A stretch of 64,000 bases of DNA from the NCBI GenBank assembly GCA_964016885.1, contig OZ024743.1:294686001-294750000 (forward strand), written 5' to 3'. This document shows, in pieces, positions 13,105-26,856 of this stretch (its first letter is position 1; each line of letters starts with the position of its first letter). Position numbers and translations under genes: made by a program. This DNA comes from Eledone cirrhosa. Lineage: Eukaryota. The notes under the pieces were generated by a model. The model was not told the origin of the DNA, did not search any database, and saw only the letters and a list, made by a program, of their open reading frames with translations.

Positions 13105-16100
13105 TGGTGATAATGCCACACAAGAGCAAAGTGGAGCGGCGCAACCACCGGAGACAGTGAATCCACAGATGGTTATGTAACCATACATTCGCCAATCCTC
13201 GATAAGAGTGTTTAAATATCGAACCTAAACAGTTCGAATAACGGTGAAATGGAGACTAGAACGTCATGTGACAGACTCTCACCCAACAGGTGCTCCCTGG
13301 CTCAGCAACAGGAACCTGGCTGTCAACCTAATACTGCTGGTGTCGGAGGAAGAAGAAGAAGGAAAGGGACCAGAACCAACTGGACGAAAGAATTGAATAG
13401 AACTGTTATGCAATGTTACCTGAAAAGTAACCCCAAGGAGAGGGGCTATAAGAGACGGATGCATAACATCTGGAACGAGATTGGTCTATTTAAATTAGAT
13501 GAACAAAAATTGGCCGGGCAGGCTCGGGTAATAAGAACTAATGGGTGGATAAGCGAGCTGGAACTGGAGGAACTGAGCAGAGAGATTAGCTGGGAGATGG
13601 AGGGTGGAGTATGCCAGGCAAACGAGCCAGTGGGAAATGAAGGTGAAGAGGTCGAGAGAACGGAGGAACCACCCGAAGCAGACAATGATCTGAATACTGA
13701 GATAAATAATACCTGGAACAGAGATACGGCCACTGAGGAGATGAATGCTGACGGGCTAGGACAAGATTCGGTTGACATCCTAAATTTAGTGGTAGATGAA
13801 TTGAACAATGATAGTGGGAGACCTATGAACCTAAGATTTGTAGACAGGAAAAAGTTAAAAGAAACAATAGGTAAGGTAAACAAAGTCATCCCATACCTTG
13901 AGGCGAGGAGCCTTCACCAGTGCAACAATATCCTCAAAGCAACAGCAAATACGGTGAGGAAACTACTTGGTATGAAAGCGAGAGGAAACAACAGACAAGA
14001 AAGAGCAGAGCCGTGGTGGAAGAAGCGACTGAGTGGGCAAATCGGGGAAATGAGAAATGACATAGGAAAGCTTGAGTCACTACTGAATGGGACACTAAAA
14101 AACATAGGCACTAAAAATAAACTGGAAATAAAGTACAAAACTAGGAGGAAAAAGCTAAGTATTATCAAAGAGGAACTGAAGCAACGCATTGTAGCAAAAA
14201 GTGCAAAAATCAGGCGATACGAGAACAGAATCAGTCAGTATAAACAGAACCGCATGTTCGACAACAACCAGAAGATGCTGTTTGGACAGCTTGAGGGGAA
14301 AGAAAGAGGCAACGACTTGATCCCTGAGGCGGAACAAACTAAAACATTCTGGAGAGGAATATGGGAGCAGGATGTTAGATATAATGACCAGGCAGGGTGG
14401 ATTGAAACAGTACAGAGGGAGATCGGTGAGCATGCACACCAACAAACTGATTTGAGTATCACAGTTGAAACTGTTAAGGGGCAGGCCATAAAACTAACCA
14501 ACTGGAAATCACCAGGCCCAGATGGTGTGCAGGGGTATTGGATTAAAAATGTAACATCCCTCCACCCAAAACTGACAACCATGTTCAATGACTGCTTGAT
14601 GTCAGGTGAGGTACCAGAGTGGTTGACAAAAGGTACCACAGTTCTGATAATGAAAGACCGAATCAAGGGTAATGATGTTACCAACTATAGACCTATCACA
14701 TGTCTGTCCGTAATGTGGAAACTGCTGACAAGCATTGTGTCTGAGGAAATCTACCATCACCTCTACACAAACAACTTGTTACCGGACGAACAGAAAGGAT
14801 GCCGAAAGGAGTCACGTGGTACAAAGGACCAGTTACTTATTGATAAGATGGTAATGGGGAATTGCAGGAGGAGACACACTGATCTTGCCATGGGATGGAT
14901 AGACTACAGAAAGGCATTTGACATGGTGCCTCGTTCTTGGATCACCAAAAGCCTGGAGTTCTTCAAGGTGGCAGATAACATCAGACAGTTGCTGGGCAGG
15001 AGTATGAGGTCCTGGGAAACAGAGTTGACATCAACTGGAGAATCCTTGGGAAGCGTGAAGATCAAGAGAGGTATCTTCCAGGGAGATAGCCTGTCCCCTC
15101 TGTTGTTTGTCCTTGCCCTGATGCCCCTGACCATTATGCTGCGAAAAGTGAGAGCAGGATACAAGTTGGGAAAGGGAGGGCTTACCATCAATCACCTCCT
15201 CTTAATGGACGATCTTAAGCTCTTCGGGAAGAGTGAGAAGGAGTTGGATGTGCTTGTTGACACTGTCCGTATTTTCAGCAGTGATATATGTATGCAGTTT
15301 GGTATTAGTAAGTGTGGAGTCATTGTGATGAGGAGGGGTAGGTTGAGCAGAAGTAACGGAATCCAGATACCAACAGGTGAGATGATAAAGCAAATTGACT
15401 CTGAGGAAGGATACAGGTATTTCGGCGTTCTGGAGGCTGATGGCATAAAGAACAAAAAAAATGAAGGAATTGTTAAGAACTGAATACATTCGGAGAGTAA
15501 GGAGCGTATTGAAGTCACATCTGAACAGCAGAAATGCCATAAGCGCAGTAAATTCCCGAGCTGTGTCTATTATTAGGTACAGTGCGGGAAATCTGAGATG
15601 GAATGTTGCTGAACAAAAAGAAATGGATAGGAAGACTAGGAAGCTATTGACTATCTACAACATGTTCCACAAGAGGAGTGATGTCGATAGACTCTACCTA
15701 AGGAGATCTGAGGGTGGAAGAGGTCTTATCAGCATAGAGGACTGTGTTCAGATGGAGAAAAACAACCTACACAAATACGTGACTGATAGTAAGGAGCCAA
15801 TGCTCAGAACTGTACTGAAGGAGGGGACAATAGGCCAGGGGATGTCCAAGGAGGAAATAACACCAAGGAGAAAGAGCAGCCTTCAAGAAAAATCCCTTCA
15901 TAGTACCTTCTTTGAGAAAACTGAATTTAGAGATCCACAGACATGGAACTGGTTGAGAAGAGGAGACCTCAAAAATGCTACAGAAGGAATGTTAATGGCT
16001 GCGCAGGAGCAGGCCCTCAAAACGAAGTGGTTGAAACACCATATTTACAATTAGGAGGCTAGCCCACTGTGCAGGATCTGTGGAGAGAGAGAGAGGAGAC

Positions 16101-16703
16101 TGTGGCTCACATTGTATCCGAGTGTAAACACCTAGCTCAGACCCACTATAAGGGTGATGGGCAGGGTGATCCACTGGCACCTGTGCAAAGTAAACAATTT
16201 ACCACATTCTGAGAAATTGTATGAGCATAAGCCAGAGGCGGTGATGGAGAACGATCAGGTGAAGGTGCTGTGGGATTTTAGGATACAGACGGACAAGAAA
16301 CTGGAACACAATAGACCTGACCTGGTGGTTGTGGACAAAGAAAAAAGATCGTGTCTGATTGTGGATGTGGCCTGCCCATTCGACCCGAGAGTGCCAGAGA
16401 AGGAGAGGGAGAAAATTAACCGATACCAGGACTTAAAGTGGGAGATAAAAAGGATTTGGAACTGCCATGAAGTCAAAGTGATTCCGATTGTCATAGGCGC
16501 ACTGGGGACTATCTCCAAAAGTTTCCAGGGATGGTTAAAGAAAATCGGCCCCTTCACGCTTTTTGGAACGCTTCAAAAGGCATGGTTGCTGGGAACAGCA
16601 AGAACCCTCCGATACGTCCTGAATATCTGAGGCTGCAGGTAGTGGCTTGATATTCATTCCAACGGACTTCCCCGTTAACTAACATCAATGACTGAGATTC
16701 AAG

Positions 16704-16772
<69 letters not shown>
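13105..16772 (+). mobile_element. R4/Dong-clade element, family B, full-length ORF region, ending in (TAA)n
   Basis: Single long ORF, short 3' UTR, (AAT)n at 16705-16773; 5' boundary uncertain. Confidence 0.92.
13249..16630 (+). pseudogene. Family B polyprotein: Myb-like N-terminus, RT, CCHC, RLE (frameshift at A-run ~15453-15460, stop 16052, lesions ~16085-16155)
   Basis: NWTKELNRTVMQCY...[73 protein letters not shown]. Confidence 0.92.
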
Positions 16773-16774
<2 letters not shown>

Positions 16775-17722
16775 GTTTATTTATTAACCACAAGCGTTTA
16801 CATAAAGTAGACATTAAGGACAGTGCAGGACAATACAGGACGGTACAAATGGGCATTTCTGCGTGTAAAAAACAAAAACAGAGGATGTAACAAAAAATAA
16901 CAATGAAAAATTCCCCAATAGGGGAGAGACTTCGGAGGGACATTTGTGGAGAAAGCCCAGTAAAAAGCCACAATGACCCTGACCACCAAGGCAAGTGCCC
17001 TCTCCCAGTGTTTCACCTTTAATTTACAGATATATACTCAGAATAGGCCCATTCACTCGGGCCATTCTTGCTTCTTTCACCCATCTTTCAACAAAATGCT
17101 GGGAAGAGAGCACTTCCCTCTCTACTCTGATTTTCCTTTTCAAACGAAATTTGAAAAAGTCAATCAGAGCATCACCGAAGAGGTAAGTGTTCGTCTTCAG
17201 CCCTTTCAAACGTGTCCACCATACTATCCCTTTCGCCATGGCCACCAGACAGATAAAAACTGCCTGCCCTTCCCGGCTAAAGGAGGAGGGCGGGGCAATC
17301 CTCACGATGGACTCAGATGATAGCCGGATCCGTCCTAAACGCGACAGCAGGTGTTCGACATAGACCCACAAGTTAGCAATTTTCGGACACTGGACGAGTG
17401 CGTGCAAGACGGTTTCGTCGCCCTGCGCGCATCTCGGACATGCCCGGTTGACGGCACCTCCATGCCTGTAGAGTTTATCCCGAACTGGCAAGGCTCCTCG
17501 GTAGCACTGCCAGGCCAGAGATTTCTGGAAGTTGTCCATAGGCCCTGGCCCGAAAGTTCTTCCGAAGAGATTGGCTAGTTGATTTTCGTCGACGCCTAGA
17601 GTTTCCCCAAGTACGTCGTCGCTCTACTCCTCCACTAATCCTCTATAGAACGCCGAGGTGGAGTTTCCACCGATCACATTGCCCGATTGGTCGAGGGCTG
17701 TGAGCACCTGAAGACATTCCAG
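16773..17722 (-). mobile_element. 5'-truncated Tx1/L1-clade element (3' ~950 bp) inserted in (TAA)n
   Basis: ORF 17024-17539 (CPRC..ETVLHALVQCP); closely similar to 37918-38862; (AAT)n on both sides. Confidence 0.9.
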
Positions 17723-17745
17723 TCAATAATAATAATAATAATAAT

Positions 17746-19276
17746 AATCACCTCCTCTTTATGGACGATCTTAAGCACTTCGGTAAGAGTGAGAAGGAGT
17801 TGGATGTGCTTGTTGACACTGTCCCTATTTTCAGCAATAATATATGTATGCAATTTGGTATTAGTAAGTGTGGAGTCATTGTGATGAAGAGGGGTAAGTT
17901 GAGAAGAAGTAACGGAATCCAGGTACCAACAGGTGAGATGATAAAGGAAATTGACTCTGAAGAAGGATACAAGTATTTGGGTGTTCTGGAGGCTGATGAC
18001 ATCAAGAACAAAAAAATGAAGGAATTGATAAGAACTGAATACATTCGGAGCGTAAGGAGCGTATTAAAGTCACATCTGAACAGTAGGAATGCCATAAGTG
18101 CAGTAAATTCCCGAGCTGTGTCTATTATTAGGTACAGTGCGGGAATTCTGAGATGGAATGTTGCTGAACAAAAAGAAATGGCTAGGAAGACTAGGAAGCT
18201 ATTGACTATCTACAACATGTTCCACAAGAGGAGTGATGTCGATAGACTCTACTTAAGGAGATCTGAGGGTGGAAGAGGTCTTATCAGCATAGAGGACTGT
18301 GTTCAGATGGAGAAAAACAACCTACACAAATACGTGACTGATAGTAAGGAGCCAATGCTCAGAACTGTACTGAAGGAGGGGACAATAGGCCAGGGGATGT
18401 CCAAGGAGGAAATAACACCAAGGAGAAAGAGCAGCCTTCAAGAAAAATCCCTTCATAGTACCTTCTTTGAGAAAACTGAATTTAGAGATCCACAGACATG
18501 GAACTGGTTGAAAAGAGGAGACCTTAAAAAGGCTACAGAAGGAATGTTAATGGCTGCGCAGGAGCAGGCCCTCAAAACGAAGTGGTTGAAACACCATATT
18601 TACAAGGAGGAGGCTAGCCCACTGTGCAGGATCTGTGGAGAGAGAGAGAGAGAGGAGACTGTGGCTCACATTGTATCCGAGTGTAAACACCTAGCCCAGA
18701 CTCACTATAAGGGCTGGAGACATTATGTGATGGGCAGGGTGATCCACTGGCACCTATGCAAAGTAAACAATTTATCACATTCTGAGAAGTGGTATGAGCA
18801 TAAGCCAGAGTCGGTGATAGAAAACGATCAGGTGAAGGTGCTGTGGGATTTTAGGATCCAGACGGACAAGAAACTGGAACACAATAGACCTGACCTGGTG
18901 GTTGTGGACAAAGAAAAAAGATCGTGCCTGATTGTGGATGTGGCCTGCCCATTCGACACGAGAGTGCAAGAGAAGGAGAGGGAGAAAATTAACCGATACC
19001 AGGACTTAAAGTGGGAGGTAAAAAGGATTTGGAACTGCCATGAAGTCAAAGTGATCCCGATTGTCATAGGCGCACTAGGGACTATCTCAAAAAGTTTCCT
19101 GAGATGGTTAAATAAAATTGGCCCCTTCACGATTTTGGAACACTTCAAAAGGCTTGCTTGCTGGGAACAGCAAGAACCCTCCGATACGTCCTGAATATCT
19201 GAGGCTGCAGGTAGTGGCTTGATATTCATTTCAACAAACTTTCCAATTAACTAACATCAATGACTGAGACTCAAAA

Positions 19277-19316
<40 letters not shown>
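17746..19316 (+). mobile_element. 5'-truncated R4/Dong family B copy
   Basis: ORF 17761-19194 from FMDD onward; same 3' UTR; (AAT)n on both sides. Confidence 0.93.
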
Positions 19317-19318
<2 letters not shown>

Positions 19319-20332
19319 CAGCATAGAGGACTGTGTTCAGATGGAGAAAAACAACCTACACAAATGCGTTACTGATAGTAAGGAGCCAATGCTCAGAATT
19401 GTACTGAAGGAGAGCACAATAGACCAGGGGATGTCCAAGGAGGAAATAACAACAAGGAGAAAGAGCAGCCTTCAGGAAAAATTCCTTCATAGTACCTTCT
19501 TTGAGAAAACTGAATTCAGAGATCCACAGACATGGAACTGGTTGAAAAGAGGAGACCTTAAAAAGGCTACAGAAGAAATGCTAATGACTGCGCAAGAGCA
19601 GGCCCTCAAAACGAAGTGGCTGAAGCACTATATTTACAAGGAGGAGGCTAGCCCACGGTGCAGGGTTTGTGGAGAGAGAGAGGAGACTGTGGCTCACATT
19701 GTATCCGAGTGTAAACACCTAGCCCAGACTCACTATAAAGGCTGGAGACATGATGTGATTGGCAGGGTGATCCACTGGCACCTATGCAAAGTAAATAATT
19801 TACCACATTCTGAGAAGTGGTATGAGCATAAGCCAGAGTCAATGATAGAAAACGATCAGGTGAAGGTGCTGTGGGATTTTAGGTTACAGACGGACAAGAA
19901 ACTGGAACACAATAGACCTGACCTGGTGATTTTGGACAAGGAAAAAAGATCGTGCCTGATTGTGGATGTGGCCTGCCCATTTGACACGAGAGTGCAAGAG
20001 AAGGGGAAGGAGAAAATTAACCGATACCAGGACTTAAAGTGGGAGGTAAAAAGGATTTGGAACTGCCATGAAGTCAAAGTGGTCCCGATTGTCATAGGCG
20101 CACTAGGTACTATCTCAAAAAGTTTACAGGGATGGTTAAAGAAAATTGGCCCCGCCACGCTTTTTGGAACGCTTCAAAAGGCATGCTTGCTGGGAACAGC
20201 AAGAACCCTCCGATACGTCCTGAATATCTGAGGCTGCAGGTAGTGGGTTTATATTCATTTCAACAAACTTTCCAGTTAACTAACATCAATGACTGAGACT
20301 CAAAGAACAATAATAATAATAATAATATTAAT
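19317..20332 (+). mobile_element. 5'-truncated R4/Dong family B copy
   Basis: Open frame ISIEDCVQ...CRVC..RHD..RPD..RYVLNI to 20231; ends in (AAT)n. Confidence 0.93.
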
Positions 20333-20689
20333 AACAATATATGTAGCAATAAACACAGTAAATTGTGTCTCTAAAATTACGAGTGTTGAAATACCACGTT
20401 GGTTTGACAAATTTAACCTGAAGCAAACGGAAGATACAGAATAAAATATACTGACCGTCTCAATAACTATTTCATTTCATCTCCCTGACAGGTTAGATTT
20501 AATCTGTTTCGCCCTGACAATTGCGTTTGTAACAGATAGGCATCATCAGCGAGAGATTAGATGAAATGTGACAAACACCTAATACTAACAGCCACACGAA
20601 TGAACATTTCACTTCGTGTGCGAGAAGTCAAAAGTATACTTTCAGTTTGTTAACTACAGGGTATCAATATGAGTTATATATATATATAC

Positions 20690-20886
20690 AGAAAAATGGC
20701 AGAGTTAATATGGGCGAGTGTATAATAATTTGGTATTTCCAAAGAAATACGGTTTTAGGAAGCCGTAGCTATGGAAACAGCGGGGGCTAACGCATAGCTA
20801 CGGCTTCCTAAAACCGTACTTCTTTGGAAATACGAAATTATTATACATATCGTATAAAACTATGCTTGAAACGAAATCCTATTTCT

Positions 20887-20890
<4 letters not shown>
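20690..20890. mobile_element. Fold-back module between TA tracts
   Basis: Inverted arms ~20720-20773/20793-20866 with mismatches; no canonical hammerhead core seen. Confidence 0.6.
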
Positions 20891-20946
<56 letters not shown>

Positions 20947-20961
20947 TGATATATATAAACG

Positions 20962-21011
<50 letters not shown>

Positions 21012-21014
21012 AAC

Positions 21015-21050
<36 letters not shown>

Positions 21051-21250
21051 ATGTATATATATATATAGACATATATATATACACATATATAATATATATA
21101 TATATATATCTATATACATATACATATATATATATACATATATATATATATACACACATACACACACACACACATATATATATATATATGCATATACATA
21201 CACACACACACACCAACACATATATATATATATAACATATATATATAAAC
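20890..21250. repeat. (TA)n/(CA)n compound microsatellite
   Basis: Directly visible. Confidence 0.95.
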
Positions 21251-21402
21251 ATAAACAAATATGAACATCGTAATAAAATCCTCCCGATTCAGATGTGCCA
21301 TAAAAGTTCTATCATATTAGCAGATCCACTGGCCATTCAGTTTCCTGTATACGAGCGATAAATGGCCGGCTATATATATACATATATATATATATTTATT
21401 TA

Positions 21403-21611
21403 TTTATTAAAATAACAGATTAAAGTTTCAGCAAAGAATCGCTGCTTTCACCCTTAACGCGATCTGCAGAAGGTGAAAGGAGCGATTCTTTGCTTAAACT
21501 TTAATCTGTTATTTTAATAAGTATTTTCTCTACGGTTCTTATATGTTTGATATATATTTATCCTTATCGAACCCTCTCTGGATTTTAGTCTTCAAATTTA
21601 TTATTTTTACT
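21403..21611 (+). mobile_element. Fold-back module plus tail between TA tracts
   Basis: Arms ~21403-21453/21470-21520, then a ~90-bp tail to (TA)n. Confidence 0.65.
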
Positions 21612-21867
21612 ATATATATATATATATAATTACATGATAAAAAAAAAATACAATATAATTATTTCGATACTGTAGGTTTCGTTAAACAAAACAATTACGA
21701 TAATTGCTTTGCCTGACGAACGAATTGGATGTTTCTTATGTTGTTTATTATGTAATTAAATAACACTGTACCATACATCTTCTTTCCTTTACGTTTTTCT
21801 ACAGAAATACTTAAGAGACCCCCTCCTCCTCCACACACACACATATATATATATACATATATATATA

Positions 21868-22075
21868 AGGGATAAGACCCCCTTCAGTCAGAATGACCAT
21901 GGGATTTGTACCTAGAATGTTGCCCTCCGAGACACAAGTCCGGGTAAGTTGTTTTTATGTACGAATAACAGTCACCCTTGCATAGCAGTTTCTCCTTTCC
22001 ACGTCATCGATGTTGTCCAAGGGAAAGGCAATGGCTTATAGAGTTATAGAGCTTGGCACGAGTGATGTCGCAACG
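21868..22075 (-). mobile_element. Fragment of an interspersed repeat (SINE or RTE-related 3' region)
   Basis: GC-richer island next to (TA)n; recalled as resembling abundant octopus repeats; no second copy in the window. Confidence 0.35.
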
Positions 22076-22469
22076 TGCACGCTATGGTCCACTAAAATAA
22101 AAAGATATTGTTTTCGGAGACATATCGGCGAGTAATATGCCAATCAGGAATTTCTTGTAGAAATTTGTACATGGACATTTTGAAATTTATCGATCTGCTT
22201 TGCCTTTTTCGTATTTTGTTGTGATGTTAAAGAGATCTGGAGAGTTGAAGTGAAATAATGGTGCTGTTATGTTGGTATGAGATGTGAGCTTGATTTCTGT
22301 TGTGAGCGGATAGCACCGGGTCGAAGATTAAGGTGGATTTTGAAGATGATGCCAACCTTATTTGTCAATTCTGATATTATGCAGATATTGTAGTGCTCAG
22401 GGTGGCGTTGGAGACATAAGAATTTGAGATGTTTTAGTGTATAATTTTAAATACGTGTGTTTATAACCG

Positions 22470-22500
<31 letters not shown>

Positions 22501-22692
22501 GTGTTTGTGTGTGTGTGTGTGTGATAATGAGAGGATTGACTTCATTTGTAGTTGGTATTCTTTAATAGTTCAAAGCTTTACAATACTTCGTTATAGATAC
22601 ACAAGGATGAGACTCATACCATATCAAACAATGCATTACAAATTACAAGCACAATCAACATCCAGCAAAGCATAAGTGGTATTTAAAATAAT

Positions 22693-22886
22693 TGTTTCTA
22701 CTTTAGGCACAAGGCCAGCAATTACCCAGTGCATAACTGGTACTTTATTTTATCGACCACGTAAGGATGAAAGGCAAAGTCTACCTCGGCGGGATTTGAA
22801 CTCAGATCGTAAAGGGACGTAACTATGCTGGAAAGCACGGCGTCCGACCTTATACCGATACTGCCAATCCACCGCCCTCGTGGTGG
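22693..22886 (-). mobile_element. tRNA-derived SINE with 12-bp TSD atttaaaataat (22681-22692/22887-22898)
   Basis: Reverse complement of the family at 34003-34186; B-box-like gagttcaaatccc; Deu/Nin-like core ctttgcctttcatcc..gtcgataaaat.agtaccag. Confidence 0.9.
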
Positions 22887-23147
22887 ATTTAAAATAATAT
22901 ATTTGAATTATATATGATTAAAAAATACATAGAATTTTAGTGTGTTTATTGACGAGAAAAAGGACGTCATCTATGGTTTGGAGTTATCTCTTGCATGCAA
23001 TATTCCTGAAACTTCGAAGCATATCTACATTCCTGAAGATATGTAGAGCAAGGGACAGATATCTGGTATTTATCGTGGTACGGCCCGCCGCTCTACCTTG
23101 AAACATATGTAGAATTTAAATTGTTTTAAATATAACTTGGTTATTCT

Positions 23148-23216
<69 letters not shown>

Positions 23217-23221
23217 CACAA

Positions 23222-23287
<66 letters not shown>

Positions 23288-23659
23288 TGTCTGTGTGTCT
23301 GTGTGTCTGTGCATGTATGTGGATCACGATAGACCGGTGAGATTAAGTAATTGTGAAATTGAAAGAGATGTAATATGGTAGGTATGGCTAGGTATGTAAA
23401 AGTGGCAACGATAACACCACATATTTTTTCATCTTCGTTCAAGAATATGCCATTTAATCTATGACCTAGCAATGTCAAAATTCAAACATTTGTTAAATAC
23501 ATACAACATTTGGTGTGAAAAGAATTTACATACTTATCACTGTATATGATATATATTCTTTACTCTTATTATCTTAAATATGTAAATGAATTCTGATGTA
23601 TTTTGAAGCTTGAAAGTTTTGTGATTGTATTTCTATATGGGCATATATTTTACCTTTTA

Positions 23660-23847
23660 TCTTTATACATACACACATACACAAATTATATATATGTATA
23701 CATACATATATAAATATATATATATATATATATGTTTATATGTATATATGTGTGTTTATATATACAATCATATATATATGTATATATATCTATATATATA
23801 TATATATGTGTATGTTTATATTTACACATACAATCATATATATATGT

Positions 23848-23897
<50 letters not shown>

Positions 23898-23938
23898 TAT
23901 ATACATATACATATATATATATAAATACGTATTTATAA

Positions 23939-24025
<87 letters not shown>
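23660..24025. repeat. (TA)n-rich compound microsatellite
   Basis: Directly visible. Confidence 0.95.
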
Positions 24026-24029
<4 letters not shown>

Positions 24030-24307
24030 CAAACACACAGATGTGTGCATTTATGCAAGCAATTCTTTACATGCGCAGATATTTAATCATTTTCAGAGTA
24101 ATATGTGATGCATGATTGAATATTTTTAACATACACTACACATTTCTATATCCCTATCTCCCACTTTCTATCTCCCTCCTCTTGCTCTCTATTACTCTCT
24201 CTATATAGGTATATATATATACGACAACACGGGTATTTCAAATATTTATGAGAAACTGAAAATAAAATAGTACTTGGAAGTGAATTAGAATGTATAATGT
24301 ATACGTT

Positions 24308-24350
<43 letters not shown>

Positions 24351-25218
24351 TCAATGTGACATTGTGTAAATCAGTTGCAAAGGCCATTTCACTGTTACAC
24401 GAATGGCTCACCACATATATTTAACCGAATAGAAATACGCAGATACGGAGAGCAGCATCGTACGATTCAACACACATACCTACATTTACAATTATTGTCC
24501 ACATCCGTTTGTCTTATATATTGAATTGCATGTTCAAATTTTCTTATCAATATGTGCATGTATGTGTATACCGAAGGAAATATTCTGCGATGTGATCGTA
24601 TGATAAATATGTATACAAATATAAAGTAAACACATCCGCAAGGATTGCCATATAGACGTACATAATCACACACGCACACACACACACACACACACAGACA
24701 CACACATACACACACACACATACACACACACATATATATAAATAAATATATTTATATATATATGTGCGCATTCATATATAATAAAACTGTCTTTTTAATA
24801 TGTAAGATCTATAAATATTTACATATTGGGTAGAAAGCATGTCTAACACAAATTTCTCTTGATTCTAAAATGTAAAATGCATGCGTTTTTATCGAATATA
24901 TTCAAAAAGGAGCATATATATGCTAATGTAGAGATATACGTTCCACAGCAACGGTAATGTACTTGTATGCACATATATGTGTGTATATATGTATGCATGT
25001 GCATGCCTCCTTCTTTGTCATATATCCGTGAGCATGCCTGTGTCTTGTGCCTTTGATTACGTTCCACAGCTAGGGTATTATACGTGTATATACAAATATG
25101 TGTATATATGTTTGTATTCGCATGCCTCCTTTTGTGACATATGTGCGTGAGAATGCCTCTGCGTGTGTGCCTGTGAATACTTATACAAATGTGCATACAC
25201 ACACACAAACACACACGT

Positions 25219-25255
<37 letters not shown>

Positions 25256-26771
25256 TATATATATATTATTCAAAATATTAACAAATGTGTTGTTTTTTCA
25301 GAACGTCCTCATCAGACAAAATATATGATTTGATATATGACATATATATATATATGTGTGTGTGTGTGTGATGAAGTAAATTAAAATCATTATTATTGCA
25401 ATCGTACACTATAAATCTGCTCAAATATGCGTGATTTTGAGGAGCCTTGTTTATACAAAAGTTTATTTTGGTATAATACTAACGAATATATCAAGTATAC
25501 TAAGGTATATTAAGAACATAGCAAACAAAAAATACATTTATTGGAAGAATAATTTTATCTGCATTTCGTCCCGACCCCGGTTTCACTATGCTTAAGATAC
25601 CATACTAATTAACTATGTTAATTAGCTAATGAGGATTTTCATATATATATACTTCGTTTTTGAATTCGTTTTGCAAGATTCCTTATCTGAAAACGTGTAT
25701 TGAAATAGATTTTGTTGTAGTTTGGCAGGGTCATGCTGCCAACATAAACACACGCACCTATCGGTTTTCACTTCAATTTGCTATAAACTTCCGGTTGATT
25801 GGTTGGTTTGATAACTGGATGGTTCTTTATATATTGTCAAAGCTCTTTCGTTACAAATTCTGTGACCACCTCGATGACAAGGTTTTTATTTCTGTCTCTC
25901 CTTTGTTGTCTTGCACGATATAAACTTACATGAAATGTACAGATGTTGAAATTATAAAGGATTCCGTTGGAACAATTTTAATCTGTCATGTCACAGAATT
26001 TCATTGTATTTCTCTCACCGAAGTATATTTGTCCTCTTCAATTTATGGTTCCTTCAACTAGAACAAGCATTCACTATAACAAAAATAAAAAAATAAAATA
26101 CTAGTATCACTATTATTATCATATTATACTTGATATCCGATGGAAAACTTGATGTTTGAAAATCAAAATAGTTTGACATTATTTCGTTGTTGTTGTTTGA
26201 TCCATTCAGTAAATTTTGATTCAACAAGATATAACAGACTTTAACATTTAAATGTCACTACGTCGCATGATGTAAGCTGATAATATCGAAATTAAACTGA
26301 AACACGCGCACACATAGACGGAGAACAGATGAATGTATTTATGTATGCATGTATGTATAAAGATATGTATGAATGTATATGTATGTGTGTACGTATGTTT
26401 GTTTTTATGTATAGATGTATGTATCTCCCTTCAATATATACACATAGAGAGAAAGAGAGAGATTTAGAGAAAGATTAGGAAAACTACACACACACATCTA
26501 CAGAGAGAGACAGAAACACAGAGGGAAGGGAAAAGAGAGATATAGGCCGTAATACAGAGAGAGATACAATTAAAGTGTTAGTTATTCAGAGAGAGAAAGA
26601 GCGAGAGAGAGAGACAGAGGGGGACCAGCAAGTGACCGGCCCAATGACGTTTAATCAAGTATCGGCATTAAAATAACTTTGAAATAAACAATGTGTATGA
26701 TCAAATGTAGGGGTGATTGATATATAACGTCCATTTCCGTCGTATATCTTTCATCTGCCTTCGCTCGCTTA

Positions 26772-26775
<4 letters not shown>

Positions 26776-26855
<80 letters not shown>

Positions 26856-26856
26856 A
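26776..26856. repeat. (CA)n microsatellite
   Basis: Directly visible. Confidence 0.97.

Noticed and set aside
15453-15461. A-run as a programmed frameshift in R4-B
   Set aside because: The sister copy (~18010-18016) has one fewer A and stays in frame, so this is a slippage mutation or sequencing error.
20720-21520. Hammerheads in the hairpins at 20720-20866 and 21403-21520
   Set aside because: A stem plus GAAA is present, but no acceptable CUGAnGA-type core or stem I; kept only as fold-back modules.
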